Origin: Leptospiraceae bacterium
GTDB taxonomy: Bacteria; Spirochaetota; Leptospiria; Leptospirales; Leptonemataceae
Direction of reading: 5' to 3'
Assembly: GCA_040217195.1 (NCBI GenBank)
Contig: JAVJNR010000003.1
Span: 448,001 to 512,000, forward strand
Length of the DNA: 64,000 bases
The translations under genes were made by a program, and so were the position numbers. Below, piece by piece: positions 39,373 to 48,581 of this stretch (position 1 is the stretch's first letter; every line of letters starts with the position of its first letter). The notes under the pieces are model-generated. The model was not told where the DNA came from. It saw nothing but the letters and a program-made list of their open reading frames with translations, and made no database searches.

Positions 39373-40353
39373 TCAGGAAACGGTGGCTGCCCGTTTGAAG
39401 ATCATGATTGGACCAAAAATACCGTCTTGCTGAAGGATAATCTCGGCCAGGCGGGTCAGCTCCAGGAGTGCCAGAAAAGTGGCAATTACCTCTCCCTTAC
39501 GCATGGATTCAATATTTTCAAACAAATCTTCGAATACAAATGATATGGCACTGTCCAGCAAACCGCGAATTTCATCCATTTTGGCTTCCACGGACCATTC
39601 TTCACCGGTGACTTCATAACCCTCTTCTTCTGGTTCGGGCTCCATCCGTTTCAGGACTTTCTGATAGGCCCGAATTAGATCCACCAGGCTCACTTCCAGC
39701 ATCCGTTCCGCATCGTCCGTCTCTATGGGCGGACTTTCTGGACGACCAAAGATACCACCTGAGATTTCATCCATCTCACGTAACGTCTCGGAGGCCATCT
39801 GGAACCGCCGATACTCCAGAAGCTGCTGAATCAGTTCCGGCGGAAGTCGCGAATCCGTTTCTGTATCCTCGAAGCCTGGATCCGGCAACAGGGCCTTGCT
39901 TTTGTAATAAATAAGCCTGGCCGCCATTACTGTGAATGATGATGCCAGAGAGATGCGAAGGTCTTTAGCACCATGCATGAAGGATAGGAAGTCTTCTGTG
40001 ATATGATGAATAGAGATTTCGAAGATGTCGATTCGGTAGCTTTCTATAAGCTTCCAGAGAACCGACAGTGGTCCCTCTTCATCGCCATCGGGACCGGTCC
40101 ATTGAACCAGGAATTCTCCCAGATCTTCCTTTTCCGGATCATCGGAATCTTCGGATTCCTGGATTTCTTCGCTTTGCTGCTGGTCGGGATTTTGAACAGA
40201 ATCGGCTGAACTCTGTTCAGTTGAATAGGAGGACGATACGGCAGTACCGGTTGGCTCTGTGGCATCCTCTTTAGAAGATCCGTCTGATGATGGACCTGGA
40301 TCTTCATTCTCAGGATGTTTCTGGGAAGTACGTGGTTCCTCCTCCTGACTCAC
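39373..40353 (-). CDS. scpA: Segregation/condensation protein ScpA (kleisin) with acidic N-terminal extension
   Basis: EGPL..L..LI, KSKALLP, LLEY, FLALLEL. Confidence 0.92.
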   Translation of the reverse strand: MSQEEEPRTSQKHPENEDPGPSSDGSSKEDATEPTGTAVSSSYSTEQSSADSVQNPDQQQSEEIQESEDSDDPEKEDLGEFLVQWTGPDGDEEGPLSVLWKLIESYRIDIFEISIHHITEDFLSFMHGAKDLRISLASSFTVMAARLIYYKSKALLPDPGFEDTETDSRLPPELIQQLLEYRRFQMASETLREMDEISGGIFGRPESPPIETDDAERMLEVSLVDLIRAYQKVLKRMEPEPEEEGYEVTGEEWSVEAKMDEIRGLLDSAISFVFEDLFENIESMRKGEVIATFLALLELTRLAEIILQQDGIFGPIMIFKRAATVS

Positions 40354-40381
40354 AGTAATTCAGACTCCCGGCAAGGGACGA

Positions 40382-40741
40382 TTATGACAGAGCCTTTTGC
40401 GCCGCTTGCTGCAGCCGCTCGGGTGGGAAAGGCTTTACTACAAAATCTTTCACGCCCATCTTGATGGCGCGAGCCAGAAGGTCTTCCTGTCCAAGAGCAG
40501 TTACCATAATGATTCGGGCTGCCGGGTCCGCTTTCAGAATTTCAGAGGCTGCTTCCAGTCCATCCTTCTCTCGCATGGTAATATCCATGGTCACCAGATC
40601 CGGTTTCATTTCCCCGTACATTTGAACCGCCTGGTTTCCGTTCTCTGCTTCTCCAACAATTTCATGTCCGGAAGCCGTGAGAGCGTCTTTAACCAGAGTT
40701 CTCATAAATTTAGCATCATCAACGATCAATATGCGCGCCAT
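40382..40741 (-). CDS. cheY: Chemotaxis response regulator
   Basis: Single receiver domain: VDD, MDITM, TALGQ, VKPF. Confidence 0.92.
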   Translation of the reverse strand: MARILIVDDAKFMRTLVKDALTASGHEIVGEAENGNQAVQMYGEMKPDLVTMDITMREKDGLEAASEILKADPAARIIMVTALGQEDLLARAIKMGVKDFVVKPFPPERLQQAAQKALS

Positions 40742-40811
40742 TTTTTACCCACTGCAGCAATGATTTTGTAGTCTCGCTTTATTTACCCTTCTCTGTAAAG
40801 AGAAATATGGA

Positions 40812-41867
40812 TTAGACTCTTTGCCCTTCCAATCGACCGGCCAATTCGGCCATACGATTGCCCAGTTTTTCCAGTTCCAGAACCTCATCCACCGCTCCGG
40901 CTTCAATGGCTCTTCGATTCATTCCAAATACTATGCTGGAGGCCTCATCCTGTGCCAGCACCACTCCGCCTTTGTCATGCAATCGGACCAGTGCTTCCAC
41001 TCCATCCTTGCCCATACCCGTCATAATTACAGCCAGAATTTCGCCTCCCAGAAGCTCGATGCCTTTGTGTAACGAGAAGTCCACCGACGGACGATGGGCA
41101 TTGTGGGCCGGACTCTCTGCATCAATATGCAAGCTAATCCCTTCCCCTTTTCTCCTAAAATCCAGATGTTTCCCGCCAGGAGCCACGTAGGCCTGCCCTG
41201 GCTGCATTACCATTCCCTCTTCGGCCTCAAAAACCTGCAGTCCACTCACCCGGTCCAATCTCTGTGCGAAAGCTGCGGTGAAGATTGGAGGCATATGTTG
41301 AACCACTACCACTGGCAGAGGAAAGCTGGCCGGAATCTGCGAAAATACGGTCTGCAGAGACTGCGGTCCTCCGGTGGATGCACCGATGAATGCCATCTTG
41401 AACTGATGCTTTCCGGCCTGTAACCTGGGGCCCAGAGGCTGATTGGAGCGAACTCTCCGGTCCCTCAGGGATTGAACCAGGCCTGCTACCTTTTGTTCTA
41501 TCTGAAATTCTAGATCCTGCAATCTGATTCCGGTATCTCCGGCTGGCTTGGGAACAAATTCCATGGCCCCTGCTTCCAGAGCTTTCATTGTTATATCGGC
41601 GCCGGTCTGCGTCAGAGAGGAAAGCATCATGACTGGCGTTTTGTTTCCAAGCTTCTTCTTTTCAGATAGTAACGTCAGCCCGTCCATGACCGGCATTTCG
41701 ATGTCCAGAATCATTAGATCTGGCTCAAGCTGCTTCATTAGTTCCAGACCCACCTGACCGTTTCGCGCTTCGCCGGCCACTTCTACATCCGGTATTCTGC
41801 GAAGCACATCTCCAACGATCTGGCGAACCAGCATGGAGTCATCGATTATCAGGACTCGAAAACTCAT
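40812..41867 (-). CDS. cheB: Chemotaxis methylesterase
   Basis: Receiver domain plus GASTGG, VQHMP, RPSVD, MTGMGKDG. Confidence 0.95.
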   Translation of the reverse strand: MSFRVLIIDDSMLVRQIVGDVLRRIPDVEVAGEARNGQVGLELMKQLEPDLMILDIEMPVMDGLTLLSEKKKLGNKTPVMMLSSLTQTGADITMKALEAGAMEFVPKPAGDTGIRLQDLEFQIEQKVAGLVQSLRDRRVRSNQPLGPRLQAGKHQFKMAFIGASTGGPQSLQTVFSQIPASFPLPVVVVQHMPPIFTAAFAQRLDRVSGLQVFEAEEGMVMQPGQAYVAPGGKHLDFRRKGEGISLHIDAESPAHNAHRPSVDFSLHKGIELLGGEILAVIMTGMGKDGVEALVRLHDKGGVVLAQDEASSIVFGMNRRAIEAGAVDEVLELEKLGNRMAELAGRLEGQRV

Positions 41868-41874
41868 GGATATC

Positions 41875-44800
41875 CTAACCAGGCAGCCTGGATACCAGCT
41901 CCAGCAAGTTCGGTCTGGATGGCAGCATGAAAAGCCGTCCAAGAAGTTCTGTATCCTCGCGGAAAAAATCGGTGGAAATATAGATCAGTTTGGAATCCAG
42001 ATCCGGATGACTTCTGTTCTGAACCAACTCCAGAAGATCCTGTACCGTTCCAGACATGAATTCGGGTACTGTAGGAGTGATGGATAGTCCAGTTTTATTG
42101 GCCAGCTCATTGAGTATGGAAGACCCAACAATGTTGGTTAGCTCATTCAATACACTCTGTACATCTTCCATGGACATGGACCCGGGATTTCTGGAATTCT
42201 CGGGAAGCCCCATTAGCTCGCCGGCAGCCTCAAAACCTGTGGTTTCGTCGAAAACAAGTAATAGGACTGCGAAAAAATCGCCCTCGGTGCCCAGAGCCAC
42301 AGAAATGAGCCTTTCGCCGGGCACGTATTTTGTCAGTTCCGAATACTCTACGGTGGTAAATTCAGGTACAGCAACTTCCACAGTCACTCCCAGTAGCTGC
42401 GAAAGTACCAGACCAGCATTGATCATTCCAGTGTTGATTACCGAGTATAATTTGGTGTATTCTTCCTCGGAAAGATCCCGACCATGATCTGTCTTGCCGC
42501 CATAGATTTCTCTGGCGGTGCGAACTCGATCCGCCTTTTCCTTTTCGAATTCATGAATGGCCCTGGAGACTCCAGCAGAATCCCCGTCACCAGAAGAACT
42601 TGCATCGCCGTTTAGATGTGCCCCTGAACCAGTATCAGACGTTTGCCGATTCTCTTGCTTTTCGATATCGCCGGCCAGTTCCTGTGTAACCGATTCGGAG
42701 AAATCTTTTGACTCCTGGCCTGACTTATCATCGAAAAATGTAACTGGATCTACCTTTGTTGAAGTTCCACCTGGAGGTCCGGATGTTTTTAGATGGGACG
42801 TTCCACCGGGCACTTCACTGGCCTGAGTTCCGGAAGATAAAGATTTATCCTCTGTACTGGTGGATGCACCTACCAGAACTGGCTCTGGTTGCTCTTGTTC
42901 GGCTTCAGACTTACGATTGCTCCCCCGGCGACGTCTGCCGGACCAGGCAATGGCCTGAACCATTTTATTGTAGGAGTCCGTGGCATATACAGCCTCAAAA
43001 ACCTGTTCTTGTTGCTGCTGCTTATTGCGTCTTCTGGCCTGCAGTCTGGTAGCCAGATCCAACAATCCATGAACATCCAGAACCATAACTATGGAACCAT
43101 CCCCCATAAGGCAGGCTCCAATCAAACCTCGAATGCTTCTGTAGTTCTGTTCCAGACTCTTGATAACAATCTCTTTCTTGCCGGCCATGGCATCCACCAC
43201 GTAGCCAACTTTGCGGCCAGCCACGTTTGCAATAACCACAGGAAATTCTTCTGTTTCTTCGCCATCCAGGGGAAGGCCCATCAGCTCTCTGAGCCTGAAA
43301 ACCGGTAATATCTCTCCACGGAGATTTATAATATCTTTTCCCTGCAAAGTTGTAATATCGGACTGAGTTAACCGGATGGTCTCTACCACATCGGATAATG
43401 GAAAAGCAAACTCTTCGCCGCGAATACGAATCAGAATGGCACTGATAATAGCCAGAGTTAGAGGAAATGAAAGAACAAAGCTGCATCCGGCGCCAGGATT
43501 GTTCTGAACCTGAATGCTTCCCTTGAATTCCTGCACCATTTTGCGAACAACATTCATTCCCACGCCACGGCCGGAAACATCGGTTACTTCGGATGCGGTG
43601 GAGAACCCTGGATGAAAAATAAGGTTGTACACCTCTTCATCGCTCATGGTTTCGGTGCCGTCTACAAGGCCCAGGGATACAGCCTTTTCTGAAATGGCCT
43701 TTCGATCCATTCCTCGACCGTCATCCTTTATTTCAACGTAGATATTGTTTCCGCTTTGATATGCATTGAGCACTAGAGTTGCTGTACGATCTTTTCCTTT
43801 CTCTTCTCTTTCTGCGGGTTTTTCAATTCCATGATCCAGGGCATTGCGAAGCAAATGTAGAAGTGGATCATTCAGCGCATCGATGATGTTCTTGTCCAGT
43901 TCCGTATCTTCTCCCTGAAAGACAAGATTCACTTCCTTACCCAGGTTCAAGGCCAGATCTCTCACCGGCCTTGGAAAGCGATGAAATACTAGACCAACAG
44001 GTATCATTCTGGTTTTCATGATACCGCTTTGCAGATCACGTGCAATTCGCGCCGCTTGATCGATCTTACTCTTCAATTCTCCCAGAGCATGGGATTCGCC
44101 AATTTCTTCACTCAGATCTTCATAAATCTTCTGAAGACCTGAATTCGTAATTACCAGTTCACCAACGCTGTTCAGCAAATAATCAATCTTTTCGGATGAT
44201 ACCTTGATGTTTCTGGTCTTGATAATTGTTTCATCGGCCGTTGTAGTGGCAGCCGTACGAGCATCATGTATTTCTTTCGTCTCGCCCTTTCTTGGAAGAG
44301 AGCGCTCATTCAGGTAAACTTCCTCCACCATATCTACCTGGCTTACTTTCAGTACTGCTTCTCTCTTCGCATCCCCATAAAAAATGAAGTCCATGGTATG
44401 CCCCTCGTAGGCCCCGGACTCCAGGTCGCTTTCTGGCGGATTGGTGCGGTAAACAGTTCCAATTTTACGCAGATTGATCAGAAGCAGTAATAGCCGCATG
44501 TTTCGCATGGGCGCCTCTGGATCCAGCACCACATGACCATCGAAGACCACATGTTTTCCTGCTTTTTCAACCAGGTCCTCCGCTTCTGAATCGGATAGCT
44601 TAATGAAATAATCTCTGGATGCGCCGCCTGATTCCACGGGCCCGGAAGGGCTTTTCTGGTCGCCAGCCTCCGTACCGGGATTTGCTGGGCCCGATTTATC
44701 GGGCACCGCCGATGGCGATTCTTCTGGCGAAGGCTGAACATGAGAGACCAGTTCATCGATTAGATCCTGAAAAGAATCATCGGGCTTACCACCGTTGGCA

Positions 44801-45105
44801 ACAATGGCCACCGCAGCCTTGATACGATCCAGGCAGCGAAAGAACAGGTTTACCACTTCTGTGGTAATCTGCAATTTGCTATCTTTCACCTTTTGCAATA
44901 GGTCTTCCATATGATGCGCAAGCGCTGAAAGACCGTCCAGCCCAACAAAGGCTGCACTGGATTTCAGTGTATGAGCAGAGCGAAAGATTTCATTGATAGT
45001 TTCTGGATCGTATCCATCCCGCTCCAACCGGAGCAGATTCTGGTTTAGATCTTCAATGTGCTCGGACGCTTCGTCCAGGAATAGTTCTGTGTAACGATCA
45101 GCCAT
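41875..45105 (-). CDS. cheA: Chemotaxis histidine kinase CheA with a C-terminal CheC-like domain
   Basis: FRSAHTLK (Hpt), RNALDHG, DDGRG, SGRGVGM, CheW domain, long linker, then CheC-like region with ELTN. Confidence 0.95.
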   Translation of the reverse strand: MADRYTELFLDEASEHIEDLNQNLLRLERDGYDPETINEIFRSAHTLKSSAAFVGLDGLSALAHHMEDLLQKVKDSKLQITTEVVNLFFRCLDRIKAAVAIVANGGKPDDSFQDLIDELVSHVQPSPEESPSAVPDKSGPANPGTEAGDQKSPSGPVESGGASRDYFIKLSDSEAEDLVEKAGKHVVFDGHVVLDPEAPMRNMRLLLLLINLRKIGTVYRTNPPESDLESGAYEGHTMDFIFYGDAKREAVLKVSQVDMVEEVYLNERSLPRKGETKEIHDARTAATTTADETIIKTRNIKVSSEKIDYLLNSVGELVITNSGLQKIYEDLSEEIGESHALGELKSKIDQAARIARDLQSGIMKTRMIPVGLVFHRFPRPVRDLALNLGKEVNLVFQGEDTELDKNIIDALNDPLLHLLRNALDHGIEKPAEREEKGKDRTATLVLNAYQSGNNIYVEIKDDGRGMDRKAISEKAVSLGLVDGTETMSDEEVYNLIFHPGFSTASEVTDVSGRGVGMNVVRKMVQEFKGSIQVQNNPGAGCSFVLSFPLTLAIISAILIRIRGEEFAFPLSDVVETIRLTQSDITTLQGKDIINLRGEILPVFRLRELMGLPLDGEETEEFPVVIANVAGRKVGYVVDAMAGKKEIVIKSLEQNYRSIRGLIGACLMGDGSIVMVLDVHGLLDLATRLQARRRNKQQQQEQVFEAVYATDSYNKMVQAIAWSGRRRRGSNRKSEAEQEQPEPVLVGASTSTEDKSLSSGTQASEVPGGTSHLKTSGPPGGTSTKVDPVTFFDDKSGQESKDFSESVTQELAGDIEKQENRQTSDTGSGAHLNGDASSSGDGDSAGVSRAIHEFEKEKADRVRTAREIYGGKTDHGRDLSEEEYTKLYSVINTGMINAGLVLSQLLGVTVEVAVPEFTTVEYSELTKYVPGERLISVALGTEGDFFAVLLLVFDETTGFEAAGELMGLPENSRNPGSMSMEDVQSVLNELTNIVGSSILNELANKTGLSITPTVPEFMSGTVQDLLELVQNRSHPDLDSKLIYISTDFFREDTELLGRLFMLPSRPNLLELVSRLPG

Positions 45106-45107
45106 AC

Positions 45108-45626
45108 TTACAGTTCCAGAAGGTCTTCATCCTGGTCCGCTGTCTGCATCGAAAACAGAATGGCCAGATTAAAGATCAAAAAGATTCGTTCGGAACTACG
45201 TCCGACTCCTTTCAGGTAGTGATTGGAGAGTCCCTTAACTTCCGGACTTTCTATATCCTCTTCCGCTACGGAAGCAACTTCCACAACCCGATCCACCAGC
45301 AAACCCAGGTTCTTATTCTGCCAGGTACAGACCACAATGCGAGTAGTATCCTTGATTTCTGCATAATCGTCTGAAAATTTCTTTAAGATGTCTACAACTG
45401 GAATGATATTTCCACGCAGATTTATTACACCCAGGACTTCGGACTCCACGTTGGGAAGCCGGGTCACATTTACAGGCTTCAAAATCTCATGGGTTTCCAG
45501 GATGTTTACTCCGTACAAACCGTTGCCGGACTGGAAAACCAGGAATTGGAGCTTTTCCACCAGAGATTCTTCCGATTGCTCCCCGTCATAGTAGCTACGT
45601 TCGGTTAATGCTGTGTTGTCGGTCAT
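45108..45626 (-). CDS. cheW: Chemotaxis adaptor
   Basis: GVINLRGNIIPVVD, GLLVD.V. Confidence 0.93.
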   Translation of the reverse strand: MTDNTALTERSYYDGEQSEESLVEKLQFLVFQSGNGLYGVNILETHEILKPVNVTRLPNVESEVLGVINLRGNIIPVVDILKKFSDDYAEIKDTTRIVVCTWQNKNLGLLVDRVVEVASVAEEDIESPEVKGLSNHYLKGVGRSSERIFLIFNLAILFSMQTADQDEDLLEL

Positions 45627-46210
45627 GAGTACGTAACGATCCTTTCTTCGGTGATAATTTTATTCAACCGTAAATCATGAGGCTCCGCGGGGAAAGGAGC
45701 GTCCAGGAGTTTTTCAGGCAGGATGGCCCACTTCTCCATGCTTGCATAGGGCTCATGATCCATCAATCGATCATAAAACCCGCCCCCTTTGCCAAGCCTG
45801 TACCCTTCTGTATTCACCGCCATCGTAGGCACTATGATTACATCCGATTTCCGGGGCACCATCTGCGGGGCCGTGGCCGGTGGCTCCATCAATCCATAGG
45901 CGCCCGGCTCAAGATTGAGTATCTGCTCCCCTGCCTCCAAATAGAGATGAAAGGTTAGCGAAAATCCCTGCCCCACCAGCGGTAGAGCCACATCCCAGCC
46001 AGAAGCCTCAAGATCTTTGAGTACATTAAATTCGGATCTCACCGGATGATAGGCAAGGCACCGGGATGTCTTTTTTCTTTCAGTTTGGATGGACAAGAAC
46101 TGGCAAAATGCTTGGTGCAAACTTGCTACTTCGGAACTGGCCAGAAACTCTTTCCAGAATTCTCTGGATTCATTGCGCACATGAACTTTGGATTTAATTG
46201 GTGGCAACAT
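45623..46210 (-). CDS. ygfA: 5-formyltetrahydrofolate cyclo-ligase
   Basis: G.RLGKGGGFYDR, EPHD; ATGA overlap with cheW. Confidence 0.92.
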   Translation of the reverse strand: MLPPIKSKVHVRNESREFWKEFLASSEVASLHQAFCQFLSIQTERKKTSRCLAYHPVRSEFNVLKDLEASGWDVALPLVGQGFSLTFHLYLEAGEQILNLEPGAYGLMEPPATAPQMVPRKSDVIIVPTMAVNTEGYRLGKGGGFYDRLMDHEPYASMEKWAILPEKLLDAPFPAEPHDLRLNKIITEERIVTYS

Positions 46211-46317
46211 AGACAGAATCGGCCCGGCCTCCGGAACTCAGAGCCAGAGGCGGGAAATGTCATGCGAATCGTAAGGATCCAGGTCAGGCGCAGAGTTCAT
46301 TTCAGTCATCACTGCAC

Positions 46318-46345
46318 TTGACACAATCCTGGACTGTGTCATAAT
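46318..46345 (+). promoter_or_regulatory. Sigma70 promoter of the 6S RNA
   Basis: TTGACA-N16-CATAAT with extended -10 TG; RNA stem begins 7 nt downstream. Confidence 0.7.
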
Positions 46346-46351
46346 GGAGAT

Positions 46352-46534
46352 GCGGGGCTCTGCAGTGTGCGAGTTCAATTTTTCCTGGTCTCAAATATTT
46401 TCTGGAAGGGGACCCGGGTTTACGGGCGGATATCAAGCCCCTTAAATGCGGGGAAGATAGAAACCTGTGATAGGAACCCCACTTGTTTTTACAAGGCCGG
46501 AAAAGTTAAAGAACGCCACAGGCGGTACCCCCGC
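46352..46534 (+). ncRNA. ssrS: 6S RNA
   Basis: Lies between zapA and ygfA; 183 nt; rod fold GCGGGG/CCCCGC, GTTC/GAAC, AATTTTTCC.GGTCT/AGGCCGGAAAAGTT, central bubble, GGGG/CCCC, apical CCCC/GGGG; ACCCCACUUG motif; pairings are G-U on the + strand. Confidence 0.85.
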
Positions 46535-46557
46535 CCCTTTTGTTAGCTGGCCTGGAG

Positions 46558-46884
46558 TCAGTAAATACTATCTCCAGCCAGTCCTTCATCCAGTAGAGTG
46601 ATCATATATCTGGTCTTCTGGGCCAGAACTTCATCCTCTGGCCCCTGACGAGACGGGTTGCGCCTTTCCTGCAGTAATTCATCTGCCAGATTTAACGCTG
46701 CAAGCACAGCCAGACGGCTCCTGGACATTCCGCGGGAGTTTCTGGCAAGCTCACGCATTCGATCATCCACCAGTCTGGCCACATCTGCAATGTAATCTAC
46801 GCTTTCATCTCCGCGAACAACATACTTTTCGCCAAAGATATCTACCGTAGTTCTGGCAACTTTCTGAGAAGCGGCCGCAGTCAT
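46558..46884 (-). CDS. zapA: Cell division protein ZapA
   Basis: VDIFGEKY, VD.RM, LAVLAALNLADEL. Confidence 0.9.
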   Translation of the reverse strand: MTAAASQKVARTTVDIFGEKYVVRGDESVDYIADVARLVDDRMRELARNSRGMSRSRLAVLAALNLADELLQERRNPSRQGPEDEVLAQKTRYMITLLDEGLAGDSIY

Positions 46885-47783
46885 TATTTCACTTCTTCCT
46901 CAACAATCAAAAAGTCATCATCATCTTCTACGTCGAAGACACCCAGGGAATCATCGTCATCCAGAACTATCTCTTCATCATCGCCAGAGCCACCTGAGAT
47001 TTCCACAGTTGTGGTATCCGATGCTGGCGCAGCCGATGAGCTCGGCCCGGAAGAGTCCGATTCATCGATTATTTCCAGCTCATCGTCCTGAGCGAAAATT
47101 ATATCATCCTCTTCTTCATCGTCCAGTACAATGATTTCCTCATCGTCTTCCGTTACGACATCAGAGCTTTCCATGGTGGCTGCCGGGTCTGATTGTGGCG
47201 CGCTGTCTGAGAATGCAGGAGAGGGCTCTTCCATGGGGGTGCTGGCCGGAGTTGTGGCCGGAAGATCTTCTTCATCCAGTATTACTACGCTTTCATCCTC
47301 AGAGGACAGAGAGCTGGAGGTATCGAAATCAGAGTCATCGTCCTCGATAACTATGGTCTCTTCTTCCAGATCGGGCATGGGAGTTTCAACGGCAGAAGCC
47401 GGAGTATCCATAGCTGCTGCCGGTTCCGAAGACACCGCCGCTGCGGGAGCCACGGAAGCTGCAGGGGATGCAGATCGAGATGGAGCACCACCGCCGGATT
47501 CCATATGGGCCAGGCGGCCGAGCATCTCGTTGATACGTTTTTCCAGAACCCCTTCTTTCTCTTTGAGTTCCTTTAGTTCTGCTCCGGTCTTTTCCAGCTG
47601 ATCCTTCAGCGAAACCATTTCCTGCTCTTTCTTATCCAGAGCCAGTTTCATTTCATCGTGCTCGGAGCGGAGCTTGTCGTTTTCCGACTCCAGGCGTGAG
47701 TTCTCAGAACGCAGATCCCCGATCAGGTCCAGGGCCCTAACAATTCTACCTTCGAGTTCGTCCAGTTGCTCCAGTGTAATCAT
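46884..47783 (-). CDS. ZapB-like coiled-coil protein with an acidic disordered tail of about 200 aa
   Basis: LEQLDELE.RI..A...I..LR.EN..L heptads; directly upstream of zapA; SD AAGGAG. Confidence 0.75.
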   Translation of the reverse strand: MITLEQLDELEGRIVRALDLIGDLRSENSRLESENDKLRSEHDEMKLALDKKEQEMVSLKDQLEKTGAELKELKEKEGVLEKRINEMLGRLAHMESGGGAPSRSASPAASVAPAAAVSSEPAAAMDTPASAVETPMPDLEEETIVIEDDDSDFDTSSSLSSEDESVVILDEEDLPATTPASTPMEEPSPAFSDSAPQSDPAATMESSDVVTEDDEEIIVLDDEEEDDIIFAQDDELEIIDESDSSGPSSSAAPASDTTTVEISGGSGDDEEIVLDDDDSLGVFDVEDDDDFLIVEEEVK

Positions 47784-47818
47784 TACGTCTCCTTGTGATC
47801 AGCCTATCCTGATTATGC

Positions 47819-47847
47819 ATTATAGCAGAGCTGTGCTCTGCTTCTAA
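47819..47847 (-). promoter_or_regulatory. zapBA promoter
   Basis: TTAGAA-N17-TATAAT with extended -10 TGC; perfect inverted repeat in the spacer. Confidence 0.55.
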
Positions 47848-47954
47848 TGACGGCATAACACTGAAGAAACAAGAAGTTTTTTTTCGGAGCCTGGGTGGAA
47901 AGATTAATCCATAAAAGCAGGTATATAGCAAAGGCGCTAGAAGTGAATGGGCAC

Positions 47955-47983
47955 AAAAAAGGCCGGAAAAAACCGGCCTTTTT
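47955..47983. terminator. Bidirectional intrinsic terminator downstream of rplT
   Basis: AAAAAA-GGCCGG-aaaaaa-CCGGCC-TTTTT. Confidence 0.88.
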
Positions 47984-48008
47984 GAAAATCAAGTGTTGTG
48001 ATTTAAAC

Positions 48009-48359
48009 TCAGGCAGCTTTTCGGGCTGTTTCTACAACCACGTCGAATGCTCTAGGATCGCTGAATGCCAGCTCGGCCAGAGTCTTTCGGTTCATTTGAA
48101 TTCCGGCTTTGTTTGCCAGATCAATGAACCTGGAGTAGGAAAGTCCTCTTTCTCTCACAGCAGCGTTGATTCTCTGAATCCACAGAGCACGCATATCTCT
48201 CTTTTTTCTGCGCCGGTCATTGAAGGCATGGAATCCTGCCTTCATCACAGCAATGCGTGCAAATCTATAGAGACGGTGGCGACCTCCGCGGTAGCCCTCC
48301 GCCTTTCTCATCAGTCGCTTTCTGCGATTCTTATGAAGTGTGCCGTTTTTAGCTCTCAT
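48009..48359 (-). CDS. rplT: 50S ribosomal protein L20
   Basis: RRKKRDMRALWIQRINAA, NRK.LAELA. Confidence 0.97.
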   Translation of the reverse strand: MRAKNGTLHKNRRKRLMRKAEGYRGGRHRLYRFARIAVMKAGFHAFNDRRRKKRDMRALWIQRINAAVRERGLSYSRFIDLANKAGIQMNRKTLAELAFSDPRAFDVVVETARKAA

Positions 48360-48373
48360 TACTTTCTACCAGT

Positions 48374-48574
48374 TCAATTTCCGTTAGGGAGCAAATTTCG
48401 AATCTCTTTCAGATCCGCTTCTGCCACATAGCCACCTTTACGTAGCTTACGCTTACGCTTCATGGCTTTTTTGGTCAGGATATGGTTCGCGAAGCCGCTG
48501 GATCGCTTCACCTTTCCGCTGGCGGTGAATTTGAACCGCTTGGCGGCCGCTCTATTTGTCTTCATCTTTGGCAT
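48374..48574 (-). CDS. rpmI: 50S ribosomal protein L35
   Basis: MPKMKT..AAKRFK.TASGK. Confidence 0.96.
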   Translation of the reverse strand: MPKMKTNRAAAKRFKFTASGKVKRSSGFANHILTKKAMKRKRKLRKGGYVAEADLKEIRNLLPNGN

Positions 48575-48581
48575 AGAAGTA

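Noticed and set aside
46211..46250. Sigma28 promoter (GCCGATTC on minus) for ygfA-che
   Set aside because: No TAAA -35 at the right spacing, and only 5 nt from the ATG
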